Below, piece after piece: positions 1-10,474 of a stretch of DNA of 64,000 bases. The stretch spans positions 5,753 through 69,752 of the forward strand of contig CABRIF010000001.1 in assembly GCA_902470925.1 (NCBI GenBank), written 5' to 3'. A program made the translations under genes and the position numbers. The notes beneath the pieces were generated by a model that was given only the letters and a program-made list of their open reading frames with translations, searched no databases and was not told the origin of the DNA. This stretch comes from an uncultured Collinsella sp. GTDB lineage: Bacteria > Actinomycetota > Coriobacteriia > Coriobacteriales > Coriobacteriaceae. The stretch's first letter is position 1. The number at the start of each line of letters is the position of its first letter.

Positions 1-753
1 CGCTGGTTCGGCAAGCTCGTGGACAAGCTGTCCGAGCGCGGCATGCTGGACGACACGCTCGTGATCGTGACGACCGACCACGGGTATTTCCTGGGCGAAC
101 GCGATTTCATGGGCAAGAACTACATGCCGCTCTACAACGAGCTCGCGCATCTGCCGCTGCTCGTGCACTTCCCGGGTGCGGCGCGGGCGGGCGAGCATGC
201 GCACCAGCTCACGCAGGCAATCGACATCATGCCGACGGTGCTCGACTACGCGGGGGTCGAGGTGCCCGCATGCGTGCAGGGTGTCTCGCTGCGCCCGGTG
301 GCTGCCGACGCGGCAGCTCCCACGCGCCCCTATGCGCTGTTCGGCTACCACGGCCTCGATGTGAACGTGACCGATGGCCGCTACACCTACTTCCGCGCGC
401 CGGTGGCGAGCAACAAGCCGTGCTTCGAGTACGCCTGCATTCCCACCACGATCCGGCGCGTGCTGGGCACCGAGATGCCGGAGCGTATCGAGATGGGACG
501 CTTCCTGCCGCGCACGCAGTATCCTGTCTACAAGATTCCTTGCGAGCGCATCGCGGTGATCGACCAAAGTGACAATCCGCTGCGCGAGGTGGGCACGACG
601 AGGCTGTATGACCTGGAGTGCGACTACGCGCAAGAGCACAACCTGGCGGGTGCGGATGCGCCGGAAGAGGAGCGCATGATCGCCGTGCTGCTGCGCGGGT
701 TGGACGAGTACGAGGCACCTGCCGAGCAGAAGGTGCGTCTGGGTTTGGTGTAG
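1..753 (+). CDS. Sulfatase family protein, C-terminal part (starts before window)
   Basis: Open frame from base 1; DDTLVIVTTDHG..GE..GK and P-L-L-V-H-F-P motifs typical of formylglycine sulfatases; adjacent to a maturase. Confidence 0.85.
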   Translation, partial: RWFGKLVDKLSERGMLDDTLVIVTTDHGYFLGERDFMGKNYMPLYNELAHLPLLVHFPGAARAGEHAHQLTQAIDIMPTVLDYAGVEVPACVQGVSLRPVAADAAAPTRPYALFGYHGLDVNVTDGRYTYFRAPVASNKPCFEYACIPTTIRRVLGTEMPERIEMGRFLPRTQYPVYKIPCERIAVIDQSDNPLREVGTTRLYDLECDYAQEHNLAGADAPEEERMIAVLLRGLDEYEAPAEQKVRLGLV

Positions 754-984
754 AGGCCGCAGGCGGAGCGGCGGCGTGGCGGGCTGCGCGGCGGGCGGCG
801 CGCAACGCCGTGGAGCCGGTCTGCCGGCGGGACTGGACGTAGCGGGGGGGCGCGACCGGCGGCGGCGTGGCGCGGAACGGGCCCGTTTGGGCGGTGTGCG
901 GCCGCGACCGGCGCGCGACGTGACGTGACGCTGCGGGGCGGGCTTGGACCGTCCGTGGGGAGACGAGGAAGGGAGGCGCTGCGC

Positions 985-2088
985 ATGTGCGCCGCGAAGC
1001 ACATCGGGTTTCTGATCAAGCCGGCGTCGAGCGCCTGCAACATGCGCTGCCGCTACTGCTTCTACAGCGATGTCGCAGCGCACCGGTCCGGGTCCCGCGC
1101 ACAGGTGATGGACGACGCCGTGACCGATGCCATCATCGACCGCGCGCTCGCGGTGGCGCCCGACGCGCACGTGTCGTTCTCCTTCCAAGGCGGCGAGCCC
1201 ACGCTGGCGGGGCTGCCGTTCTTCCGCTCCTTCGTCGAGCGTGTCGAGGCGCGCCGCGAGCACCAGCAGGTGAGCTACGCGCTGCAGACCAACGGGCTGG
1301 CCATCGACGACGAATGGGCGGCGTTTTTGGCCGAGCATCGGGTGCTGTGCGGCGTGTCGGTGGATGGCTGGCGCGACCTGCACGACAGCTTGCGGCCCGA
1401 TGCGCACGGCGCGGGTACATACGCGCGCGCCATGGGGGCGGCCCGCAGGTTGCGGCATGCTGGTGCGGAGGTGAACGTGCTCGCTGTGCTGACGGCGCAG
1501 ATGGCGCGACATCCGCAGCGCGTGTTCTCCTGGATCGAGCGGGAACATATCGACTATCTGCAGCTCATTCCCTGCCTGCCGGGCCTGGACGAGGAGGCCG
1601 ACACGTTCTCGCTCACGCCGCGCGCGTTCGCATCGTTTTACCAGCGCCTGTTCGACCTGTGGTGGCGCTCGTGCGAGCGGGGCCGCTACGTGAGCATCTG
1701 GCTGTTCGAGAACTTGATGCAGATGGCGCTCGGCCAGTTTCCCGCGCAGTGTGGCATGCTGGGCCGGTGTGCTCCCCAGTTCGTGGTCGAGGGCGACGGC
1801 GCGGTGTACCCTTGCGACTTCTATGCGTTGGACGAATGGCGCGCGGGCAACATCTGCACGGATAGCCTGGAGCAGATGGCGACATGCGAGACGATGCGGG
1901 CGTTTTTGGCCGAGCCGCGCCGCGCCTGCGCCGCCTGTGCCGACTGCCCGTTCGAGGGAGTGTGCCATCGCAACTGCAAGCGGCTGAATGTGGCCTACTA
2001 CGACACCGCGTACTGCGGCCTGAAGGAGTTCTTGGCCTACGCGTGGCCGGGGCTCGAGCACATGGCGCGCATGATGGCGCGTCGGTAG
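985..2088 (+). CDS. Anaerobic sulfatase maturase (radical SAM + SPASM)
   Basis: IKPASSACNMRCRYC (CxxxCxxC), FQGGEPTL, LQTNG and C-terminal SPASM Cys cluster; ATG 985 after GGGAGG. Confidence 0.92.
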   Translation: MCAAKHIGFLIKPASSACNMRCRYCFYSDVAAHRSGSRAQVMDDAVTDAIIDRALAVAPDAHVSFSFQGGEPTLAGLPFFRSFVERVEARREHQQVSYALQTNGLAIDDEWAAFLAEHRVLCGVSVDGWRDLHDSLRPDAHGAGTYARAMGAARRLRHAGAEVNVLAVLTAQMARHPQRVFSWIEREHIDYLQLIPCLPGLDEEADTFSLTPRAFASFYQRLFDLWWRSCERGRYVSIWLFENLMQMALGQFPAQCGMLGRCAPQFVVEGDGAVYPCDFYALDEWRAGNICTDSLEQMATCETMRAFLAEPRRACAACADCPFEGVCHRNCKRLNVAYYDTAYCGLKEFLAYAWPGLEHMARMMARR

Positions 2089-2324
2089 GGGTGGCAGCCG
2101 CGCGGGTGCGCTGGTGGTGCCGCGGGTGTCCGGTTGGATGCGGCTGGAGCGACCGGCGGCGCAAGATTGCGGGCCGGTGACGGCTGCAGGCTGAGGCGTA
2201 GGATTGCAGCCCGGCGGCGCGCGGGTGCGCGTTGGCGGTGCGGGGCCGGATGTTGGCCCTGCGGGCGACAAGCGTTCGATAGACATGATGGGCACCGTGC
2301 GGTGTCGAGAAAGGTACGGCAACT

Positions 2325-2921
2325 ATGTCTTTGCAGATGATCGGGGCGGCGCTCGTGCTGGGTGCCGTGGCGGTGCTCATCTACCTCGAGGTGTGCAAGC
2401 GCACGACGTTTGCCAAGCTCGAGGCCTACATGCGGGAGGGGGCCTTCGAGGCGTACCTCGCCGTGCTGGACCGGCCGATCACGCGCGTGCTCTACCCGCG
2501 CTACAACCGGCTGTTCATGCGCCTGAACGCCATGATCGGCCTGGGCGACATGGACGAGGCGGTGGCAATCATCGAGCAGATGGAGGCGCTTTCCATGAGC
2601 GGCGAGCAGCGTTTGGCGCTCGCGGTGAAAGCGTTCAACGTCTATGTGGAACGGGAGGACGAGCGTTGCGCCGCCGTGGAGCTCGCCCGCATCGAGGCGG
2701 ACGGGAGCGAGGCGGTGGCGCAGACGAGCCGGCGCACGTACGAGATCTTCCTCAAAGGCTCGTCTGCCTATATCGACGAGATGGAGGCCCGGCTGAAGGG
2801 AGCGTCGGCGGGCGAGGAGGCGATGCTCTGCCAGCTGCTGGCCGTGCAGTACGAGAACCGCGGTGACGCTGATCGCGCGGAGGCGTACGCCCGGCGTGCC
2901 GCGAAGCTGCTGGGCGTGTAG
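2325..2921 (+). CDS. Hypothetical protein, N-terminal TM helix plus helical (TPR-like) repeats
   Basis: Hydrophobic N-terminus, helical composition, host-like codon usage, 3 bp from next gene. Confidence 0.7.
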   Translation: MSLQMIGAALVLGAVAVLIYLEVCKRTTFAKLEAYMREGAFEAYLAVLDRPITRVLYPRYNRLFMRLNAMIGLGDMDEAVAIIEQMEALSMSGEQRLALAVKAFNVYVEREDERCAAVELARIEADGSEAVAQTSRRTYEIFLKGSSAYIDEMEARLKGASAGEEAMLCQLLAVQYENRGDADRAEAYARRAAKLLGV

Positions 2922-2924
2922 CGC

Positions 2925-3707
2925 ATGCTGGTGCTTGTGTTCGCGATCGCGTTTGCCGCCTCGACGGTTGGGGCGGTGTGCGGCATCGGGGGCGGCATCG
3001 TCATCAAGCCGGTGATGGATGCGGTCGGCGTGGCAGACGTGGCCACCATCAACTTCCTTTCGGGGTGTACGGTGCTGTCGATGGCGTGCTACTCGGTGGT
3101 GACCTCGAAGCTCGCCGGGATCTCGACGATCGAGCCGACGGTCGACACGCCGCTGGCGCTGGGGGCCGCGGTGGGCGGCGTGGCGGGGCGCGCGCTGTTC
3201 GGGGCTGCGGTGGGCGCGCTTGGCAGCGCCGCCATGGCCGGCGCCTTGCAGGCTGCGGTGCTCGCGGCGATCACGGCGGGGACGCTGGTGTACATGCGCA
3301 ACAAGGAGCGCATCGCCACCCGGCGGTTTGCCGGGACGGTGCCGTGTGCGGCCATCGGTATGGCGCTGGGTATCTCCTCGTCGTTCCTGGGTATCGGCGG
3401 CGGGCCCATCAACCTCGTGGTGCTGTTCTGGTGTTTCAGCATGTCCACGAAGCGCGCGGCGCAAAGCTCGCTGTATATCATCCTGTTCTCACAGGCAGCG
3501 AGCACGGTGTCGGCGCTCGCGGGTGGGGTTGGCGACGTGGATGCCGCGCTGCTTGCGGGCATGGCCGCCTGCGGCATCCTGGGCGGCGTGGCCGGTCGGG
3601 CGCTGAACGCCCGGATCGACGAGCGGGCCTGCGACACGCTGTTTTGCGGCCTTATGGTGGTGATCGTGGGGATATGCGTCTACAACGTGGTGCGCTGCCT
3701 CGCCTGA
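2925..3707 (+). CDS. TauE/SafE (TSUP) sulfite-exporter family membrane protein
   Basis: Duplicated GIGGG motifs (GAVCGIGGGIVIKP; SFLGIGGGPIN) and about 8 TM segments. Confidence 0.88.
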   Translation: MLVLVFAIAFAASTVGAVCGIGGGIVIKPVMDAVGVADVATINFLSGCTVLSMACYSVVTSKLAGISTIEPTVDTPLALGAAVGGVAGRALFGAAVGALGSAAMAGALQAAVLAAITAGTLVYMRNKERIATRRFAGTVPCAAIGMALGISSSFLGIGGGPINLVVLFWCFSMSTKRAAQSSLYIILFSQAASTVSALAGGVGDVDAALLAGMAACGILGGVAGRALNARIDERACDTLFCGLMVVIVGICVYNVVRCLA

Positions 3708-4151
3708 GCGATGCCGCTGCCCCCTGTTCGGGCAGCAGGGCAAGCCGGCCTGCCCTGCATGGTGCGGCAGCCACGCGCCCGGATAGCGGGGCAAGCCGGC
3801 CCAACTGTGTGGTGCGGCAGCCATGCGCCCGGACAGCGGGGGTCTTCTCGCCTGCGTGATGTTGCGGCTATCCCGCTTGGATGGCAGCGACCTTCTTGCC
3901 TGTGCGGCGCGCCGGCCATCCCGTCCGGGTTGCCGTGATTTTCTTCGCCTGTACGCCGTTACTGTCGTCTCGTCCGGCGTGGCCGCCCTTTGGCGGGCGA
4001 GGGAACCTCATGTTTTCGCTTCTGTGCGCAACTGTTTGTTCGAAAAGAAAGAAAAAGAACAAATAGGTTTAAAACTGCTTGAACTGGCGCTAGTCTTCTG
4101 TTTATATATCGTAATATGAACTAAAACTAACACTACCGAAAAGGAGTGAAC

Positions 4152-4580
4152 ATGAGGGTTGTACTTGCATCGGATGCCGCGGGCATGCCCTTGAAACGGC
4201 TCATCGCGGAGACGCTGTTGGAGGACGGCCATGAGGTGGTCGACCTGTCCGAGACCCCGGCGCCCGATTTCATCGATGCCGCCACTGCGGCGGCGCACGA
4301 CCTGCTGGAGCACGAGGGCTCGCTCGGCTTCGCCTTCGACGCCTACGGGGTTGGCAGCTATATGGCCGCCACGCGTGTGAAGGGCATGGTGGCCGCCAAC
4401 ATCTCCGACGAGCGCAGTGCCTACATGACCCGCGAGCACAACAACGCGCGTCTGGTGTGTCTGGGCTCGCAGGTTGTGGGTGCCGAGGTGGCGAAGCGGA
4501 TCGCGCGCGAGCTCCTGCGGGCCGACTATGCGGCCGGCCGCCATCAGGTGCGCGTCGACATGCTCAACAAGATGGCGTAA
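4152..4580 (+). CDS. lacA: Galactose-6-phosphate isomerase subunit LacA
   Basis: RpiB/LacA motifs DAYGVGSYM, SAYMTREHNN, GRHQVRVDMLNKM; RBS AAGGAG. Confidence 0.92.
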   Translation: MRVVLASDAAGMPLKRLIAETLLEDGHEVVDLSETPAPDFIDAATAAAHDLLEHEGSLGFAFDAYGVGSYMAATRVKGMVAANISDERSAYMTREHNNARLVCLGSQVVGAEVAKRIARELLRADYAAGRHQVRVDMLNKMA

Positions 4581-4592
4581 GGAGACACGATC

Positions 4593-5120
4593 ATGGCAAA
4601 GAAGATCATCGCCCTGGGCTGCGACCATATCGTTACCGATGAGAAGACCTATCTGCACGACCGGCTTGAGCAGGCGGGCTACGAGGTGCTCGACTGCGGC
4701 ACCTATAGCCATACACGCACGCACTACCCGCTGTTCGGCAAGGCGGTGGGGGAGGCGGTGGCCAGCGGCCGTGCCGATCTGGGCGTGGTGCTCTGCGGCA
4801 CCGGCATCGGCATCACCAACTCCGTGAACAAGGTGCCCGGCGCTCGTTGTGCGCTGGTGCGCGACATGACGAGCGCCCTGTATGCGCGCCGCGAGCTCAA
4901 CGCGAACGTGGTGGGCTTTGGCGGCAAGATCACCGGGGAGTTCCTCATGGCCGATATTATGCTGGCCTTCCTCAAAGCGGAATACGAGCCCACGCCCGAG
5001 CGAGATGCGCTCGTGGCCAAGCTCGATGCCGTCAACCAGGCCGACCCGGCAGCTCAGGCCGACCCGCATTTCTTCGACGAGATTCTGGATAAGTGGGATC
5101 GCGGGGAATACCACGACTAG
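4593..5120 (+). CDS. lacB: Galactose-6-phosphate isomerase subunit LacB
   Basis: [32 protein letters not shown]-terminus. Confidence 0.95.
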   Translation: MAKKIIALGCDHIVTDEKTYLHDRLEQAGYEVLDCGTYSHTRTHYPLFGKAVGEAVASGRADLGVVLCGTGIGITNSVNKVPGARCALVRDMTSALYARRELNANVVGFGGKITGEFLMADIMLAFLKAEYEPTPERDALVAKLDAVNQADPAAQADPHFFDEILDKWDRGEYHD

Positions 5121-5125
5121 TTCAA

Positions 5126-5736
5126 TTTGGGGACGGGGTCGTTTCGTCCGCGTGCCGCTTGCGGTTTGGGGACGGGGTCGTTTCGTATTACAAAACTGAG
5201 GTCCTTCTTCTGGCCGGGCGCTGCACCCTCCCTGTGCAGCGCCCGACTTCATGCAATTTGCAATTTGGGGACGGGGTCGTTTCGTACACGCGGTGTCCAT
5301 GCCCGGCGTGGGCCAATACGTTCGCGGCCGCGACGACAAGAAGATGGCCCCGGCACGCGGCGTACCGGGTCTCTATCGACCGGGCACTGCGCCGGTCGGC
5401 AGCAAGCTCGTGGGCATTCTCAGACATGCTTTCGAGATGGTCCACGCGGACCTTCCGTCGGGCGCAGAGCAACCGGCTTTTCGTCCACAATCCCAATCGG
5501 CCCCGTCCCCGAACTGCGCGCAGTCCCAATCGTGGGCCTTCTCGAACATGCTTTCAGGATGATTCAGGATGGCTCACGCGGGCCTCTCATCGGGCACGGA
5601 GCGACCGGCTTTTTGTTCGCAGTCCCGTTCGGGCGCCTCAGGCGCCGCCTTGAGAGTTGACGGGGAAAAACGAAACGACCCCGTCCCCAAACTGCAGAGA
5701 GCTGACGGGGAAAAACGAAACGACCCCGTCCCCAAA
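5126..5736. repeat. Repeat family A (TTTGGGGACGGGGTCGTTTCGT): 3 forward and 3 reverse copies
   Basis: Forward at 5126, 5165, 5264; reverse at about 5494 (degenerate), 5670, 5715. Confidence 0.9.
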
Positions 5737-6635
5737 CTGCAGTGTTCGCGGAATGCGCGCGGGGAGGTGCCCACGGCGCGCCGGAATGCCGAGCTGAAAA
5801 CGCTGGCATCATGAAACCCGCAGGTGCGGGCAACATTCAAAATGGGCACCTCGGTGGAGGCCAGCAGGTAGCGGGCCGTGTCCATGCGCGCGTTGGTGAG
5901 GTATCGATGCGGCGTGACGCCCATCTGCTCCTTGAACAGGCGGATGAAATGGGGAACGCTCATGCAGGCGCGCTGCGCCAGCTGGGCCACGGACAGGTTC
6001 TCCGACAAATGGTCGGTCATGTAGGCGGCGATCTGGCGGATCGGTTCGGATGCCTGGTTGGACTCACGGGGCGCCTCCGCGTCGTCGATGAGCTCGACCA
6101 GCAGGTTGGTGAGCAGAGCGTGCATGCGCGCATCGGATGGGGCCGCGCCTGGCCGGAGCGCTCGGCATGCATCGGTTAGGGCGCGCAGCGCGCGTTCGGG
6201 CTCGCGTGGGGTGATGACCGGCCCTTTGCGTGTGGCCCGTGCGGCAAGCGAGGAAGCCCCCATGCCGTCGAGGTGCAGCCAGATGACCTCGCTGGCAACC
6301 GGCGCGCGGTAGGCGTGGGCGCCATGGCAGTCGACGAGCGCATACTGCCCGGCATGCACCGAGTATTCGGCATGCACCGCGTGCCCCGCATGCGCCGTAT
6401 GCTCGCCGCGCACCGCATCCGTACATGCGTCCCCGTACCGCAGGTGCAGCTCCCCGCGCTTCACGTACAGCACGAGAAAGCTGTCGAACGAGGCGCGTTC
6501 AAGCGCGTAGCCCGCTTCATAGAGAAAGGTGCCCGCCCGCAGGGGGTAGAGGTAGTCCCGCCGCGTTTCGAGGCTGGGGGACGAGACGAAAAACTCCGAA
6601 CGGTCTCGGTCAACCAAGGGTTCCATCGGTTTCAC
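5574..6635 (-). CDS. AraC family transcriptional regulator
   Basis: N-terminal cupin-like domain; C-terminal LAQRACMSVPHFIRLFK..ARYLL..VARTCGFHDASVFSSAFRRAVGTSP. Confidence 0.9.
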   Translation of the reverse strand: MKPMEPLVDRDRSEFFVSSPSLETRRDYLYPLRAGTFLYEAGYALERASFDSFLVLYVKRGELHLRYGDACTDAVRGEHTAHAGHAVHAEYSVHAGQYALVDCHGAHAYRAPVASEVIWLHLDGMGASSLAARATRKGPVITPREPERALRALTDACRALRPGAAPSDARMHALLTNLLVELIDDAEAPRESNQASEPIRQIAAYMTDHLSENLSVAQLAQRACMSVPHFIRLFKEQMGVTPHRYLTNARMDTARYLLASTEVPILNVARTCGFHDASVFSSAFRRAVGTSPRAFREHCSLGTGSFRFSPSALCSLGTGSFRFSPSTLKAAPEAPERDCEQKAGRSVPDERPA

Positions 6636-6748
6636 GCGGCAGCCTCCATGATCATTTTTATCAACTGATGCATAGCATACATCAAGCGGCCATCCTGCGC
6701 GCTCCCTATGATGGACCTATATCACGTCCTGCTATGGAGGGAGTTTAC

Positions 6749-9700
6749 GTGTCGGTAGACATCAGGGACACAACCATCTGCATCCCAACGTATGAGCCGG
6801 GAGAGCCCGATCGCAATCCTCAATTTATCGAAAAGCGCGTGTATCAGGGATCGACCGGCAAGGTGTATCCGTACCCGGTCGTTGAAACCCTTTCCGACAA
6901 GCGCGTCGATCGCATGTGGCGCGCCGTGGTGATACGCAACGAGTACCTTGAGGTCACGGTCTTGCCCGAGCTCGGCGGTCGCATCCAGTACGCCACCGAT
7001 CTCACGAACGGCTACGACTTCGTCTACCGTAACGATGTGATCAAGCCCGCGCTGGTGGGTCTGCTCGGCCCGTGGATCTCGGGTGGCATCGAGTTCAACT
7101 GGCCGCAGCACCACCGCCCCACCACGTTCATGCCCGTGGATTATCGCATCATCGAGCTCCAGGACGGCGGACGCGGCGTGCAGTGCCACGATGTGGACCA
7201 GATGTACGGCACCGAGGTGGTCACCACCATCGCCCTGCATCCACAGCGCGCCTATATCGAGATCACCGCCGAGCTGTTCAACGGCACCGACCTGCCGCAG
7301 ACGTTTTTGTGGTGGGCGAATCCCGCCGTGCCGGTCAACGATGAGACGAAGACCGTGATGCCGCCCGACGTGCATGCGGTGATGGACCACGGCAAGCGCG
7401 ATGTAAGCCGGTATCCCATCGCAACCGGCACCTACTACAAGCATGATTACGCCGCCGGCGTCGACATCGGCCGTTACAAGAACGTGCCGGTTCCCACCAG
7501 CTACATGGCCGCTGCGAGCTCCTACGACTTTGTGGGCGGCTACGACTTCGGCCGCAGGGCCGGCATCCTGCACTATGCCGACCACCATGTCAGCCCTGGT
7601 AAGAAGCAGTGGACCTGGGGTAACGGCGACTTCGGTCGGGCGTGGGATCGCAATCTTACCGATGAAAACGGTCCGTACGTGGAGCTCATGACCGGCGTGT
7701 TCACCGACAATCAGCCCGATTTCACCTGGCTCAAGCCGCATGAGTCCAAGACCTTCACGCAGTACTTCATGCCGTACAAGGATGCGGGCCTGGTGAAGAA
7801 CGCGACGCTCGACGCGGCGGTCAACTTGGAGATCGGACCTGCCGACCCCGCGCGTTCCGGCGGCGAGGAGCATGGTATCGAGGCCGAGGGTCTGGCGCGG
7901 GGCGAGGTGCGCGTGTCGGTGTACGCAACGCGCCCGCTTGAAGGGGCCGTCGTCGAGGTCGTGGATGCGAGCGGCGCGGTGCTGTACGAGGCGACCTGCG
8001 ACCTGTCGCCCGCGGCAACCTTGGTTGATGTGTTCGCCGTTGACGAGCACACGGCTCCCCAGGACCTGACGGTGCGCGTTTGCCACGAAGGGGCGCCGGT
8101 GGTGTCGTACACCCCCGAGCCCGACCAGCCGAGCCGTCTGCCCGAGCCCGCGCAGGCGGCGGCCGACCCGGCCCAGATTCCCACATGCGAGGAGCTGCTG
8201 CTGACCGCTCAGCACCTCGAGCAGTACCGCCATGCCACCTACCTGCCCGATCCGTACTACCTGGAGGGTCTGAAGCGCGACCCGGGGGACGCCCGCATCA
8301 ATACCGCATACGGCGAGCTGTTGCTGCGGCGCGGCGATGTCAAGGGGGCGGCCAAGCACTTCCGGCGCGCGATCGAGCGCCTCACCCAGCGCAACCCGAA
8401 TCCCTACGATGCGAGCGCGTACCGCAACCTCGGCATCGCGGAGTTGCGCCTGGGCAATCTCGATGCCGCCTACGACGCCTTCTACAAGGCAACATGGGAC
8501 GATGCCCAGCAGGAACAGGGCTTCTTCTATCTTGCCGTCATCGATGCCAGGCGCGGGAAGTGGGCGCAGGCGCTCGAGTTCTGCCGCCGTGCGAGCCGAC
8601 GCAACACGGACAACCTGCATGCCCGGGCGCTCGAGGCCTATGTGCTGCGCCGCGCCGGCGATGCGGAAGGGGCACTGCGTGCGGTTAGGGACACCCTGGC
8701 GCACCATGCGTTTGAGTTCGTGTCCGGCTTCGAGCTCTCGATCGCCACGGGGGACGATACCGTCGTTGCGCTCATGCGGGGCACGGTTGAGAACCACCTG
8801 AAGGCCGCTCGCGTCTACATGCTGTTCGGCGCCTACGACGAGGCGCTGCATGTCCTCGATCGGATTGACTGCGTGCATCCGCTCGTGTGCTACTACCGCG
8901 CGTGGCTCCTCGACGCGCAGGGGCGTGCCGATGAGGCCGAGCGCGCGTTGGCGTGCGCCGAGCAGGCGGACAGCTCGTACTGCTTCCCCAACCACCTCGA
9001 TGACATCGCCGTGCTGCAGCACGCGATCGACCGCGGCGCCCGTGCGATGGCCCCGTACTATCTGGGCTGCCTGTTCTACGACAAGCTTCAGGCCGAGCGG
9101 GCAATCGAGCTGTGGGAGCTGGCTCGTGCGGGGGCGCCGCAGTTCCCCACGGTCCATCGCAACCTGGCGCTCGCCTATTTCAACAAGCGCCATGACCGCG
9201 AGGCGGCGCGCGCGAGCATGGAGCGTGCCTTTGCGCTCAACGAGTCCGATGCGCGCGTGCTGCTGGAGCTCGATCAGCTTCATCGGGCGCTCGGCTGGAG
9301 CTTCGCGCAGCGCCGTGAGATGCTCGAGCGGCATCTTGCGGTGGTGGAGCAGCGCGATGACCTGTATATCGAGTACCTGACGCTGTTGAACATGACCGGC
9401 GCACACGTCGAGGCGCTGGAGCGCATGGCACGCCGGCACTTCCATCCGTGGGAGGGAGGCGAAGGCAAGATCACGACCCAGTATCGGTGTGCGCTGATGC
9501 TGTGCGCGAAGGATGCGCTGGCTGCCGGGGAGCATCGGCGTGCCATCGAGCACCTGACCGCCGCGTTGAGCTATCCGGAGAATCTGGGCGAGGGGAAGCT
9601 GGAAGGCCAGACCGACAACGACTTGCACTATCTGCTCGGGTGCGCGCATGCGGCGCTGGGCGAGCAAGCGGCGGCGCGCAGGGAGTTCGAGCTCGCCACG

Positions 9701-10111
9701 CGCGGCGTCGGCGAGGTCGGCGGGGCGATGTACTACAACGACCAGCCCGCCGAGATGGTGCTGTACCGCGGTCTTGCCCATCGGGCGCTTGGCGATGCGA
9801 GCCGGGCGAACGCGTGCTTCTACCGGCTCCTCGATTTCGGCGAGCAGCATATCGACGACGAGGTGCGCATCGAGTACTTCGCGGTGAGCCTACCGGACTT
9901 CCTGATCTTCGAACGGGATCTGAACCGGATGAATCGCGTGCACTGCCTGTATGTCATGGCGTTGGCGGCCCTGGGGATCGGCGACGCGCCGCGCGCCGCG
10001 GAGCTGCTGGCGCAAGCGCTCGAGCTCGATCCGGGCCATGCGCAGGCCGCGCTGTTTCTCGATGAGGTTGAGCGCCGGAAGGTGCTGGCCCGCGCGAGCG
10101 ACGTGGCGTAG
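6749..10111 (+). CDS. DUF5107-type protein with C-terminal TPR repeats
   Basis: RVYQGSTGKVYP, LPELGGRI, GPWISGGIEFNWPQHHRP motifs followed by many TPR-like helices; GTG 6749 after GGAGG. Confidence 0.85.
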   Translation: MSVDIRDTTICIPTYEPGEPDRNPQFIEKRVYQGSTGKVYPYPVVETLSDKRVDRMWRAVVIRNEYLEVTVLPELGGRIQYATDLTNGYDFVYRNDVIKPALVGLLGPWISGGIEFNWPQHHRPTTFMPVDYRIIELQDGGRGVQCHDVDQMYGTEVVTTIALHPQRAYIEITAELFNGTDLPQTFLWWANPAVPVNDETKTVMPPDVHAVMDHGKRDVSRYPIATGTYYKHDYAAGVDIGRYKNVPVPTSYMAAASSYDFVGGYDFGRRAGILHYADHHVSPGKKQWTWGNGDFGRAWDRNLTDENGPYVELMTGVFTDNQPDFTWLKPHESKTFTQYFMPYKDAGLVKNATLDAAVNLEIGPADPARSGGEEHGIEAEGLARGEVRVSVYATRPLEGAVVEVVDASGAVLYEATCDLSPAATLVDVFAVDEHTAPQDLTVRVCHEGAPVVSYTPEPDQPSRLPEPAQAAADPAQIPTCEELLLTAQHLEQYRHATYLPDPYYLEGLKRDPGDARINTAYGELLLRRGDVKGAAKHFRRAIERLTQRNPNPYDASAYRNLGIAELRLGNLDAAYDAFYKATWDDAQQEQGFFYLAVIDARRGKWAQALEFCRRASRRNTDNLHARALEAYVLRRAGDAEGALRAVRDTLAHHAFEFVSGFELSIATGDDTVVALMRGTVENHLKAARVYMLFGAYDEALHVLDRIDCVHPLVCYYRAWLLDAQGRADEAERALACAEQADSSYCFPNHLDDIAVLQHAIDRGARAMAPYYLGCLFYDKLQAERAIELWELARAGAPQFPTVHRNLALAYFNKRHDREAARASMERAFALNESDARVLLELDQLHRALGWSFAQRREMLERHLAVVEQRDDLYIEYLTLLNMTGAHVEALERMARRHFHPWEGGEGKITTQYRCALMLCAKDALAAGEHRRAIEHLTAALSYPENLGEGKLEGQTDNDLHYLLGCAHAALGEQAAARREFELATRGVGEVGGAMYYNDQPAEMVLYRGLAHRALGDASRANACFYRLLDFGEQHIDDEVRIEYFAVSLPDFLIFERDLNRMNRVHCLYVMALAALGIGDAPRAAELLAQALELDPGHAQAALFLDEVERRKVLARASDVA

Positions 10112-10141
10112 CGGCAGAGTGCGGTGAGGCTGGCGGCGCAG

Positions 10142-10204
10142 TTTGGGGACGGGGTCGTTTCGTTTGCCCGTTTGGTTGCCCGTTTGGGGACGGGGTCATT
10201 TCGT
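10142..10204 (+). repeat. Repeat family A, two tandem copies (41-bp period)
   Basis: tttggggacggggtcgtttcgt at 10142 and tttggggacggggtcatttcgt at 10183. Confidence 0.9.
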
Positions 10205-10474
10205 ACACGGGGCGGGGCGACGGGGTGTTTCGTGCGCATCGGGAATATCCCAGCTCCGCCGTCGCTCACCGCCCGAAACTTGCCGTTGACCACTATGGCG
10301 CAGCTTGCCGCCTGCGCCTGCGCTTGCAGACGGCGTGCCGCGCACCTCCCTTTCTCTTGCTTGCGCTTGCAGCCGGCCCCGCGGCGGGGCGCCCGGCGCG
10401 CACGTGGGCCTTCGCGATACAATGAAGCTAATGAATTTGCGGGCAAGCAGCCTGTGCGGCGGAAAGGAACACGC

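Noticed and set aside
5126..5290. CRISPR array from family A repeats
   Set aside because: Only three forward copies with irregular spacing, plus inverted copies; REP-like instead.
6722..9850. 1042-aa antisense ORF
   Set aside because: Shadow of the DUF5107 gene caused by high-GC codon bias; no motifs.
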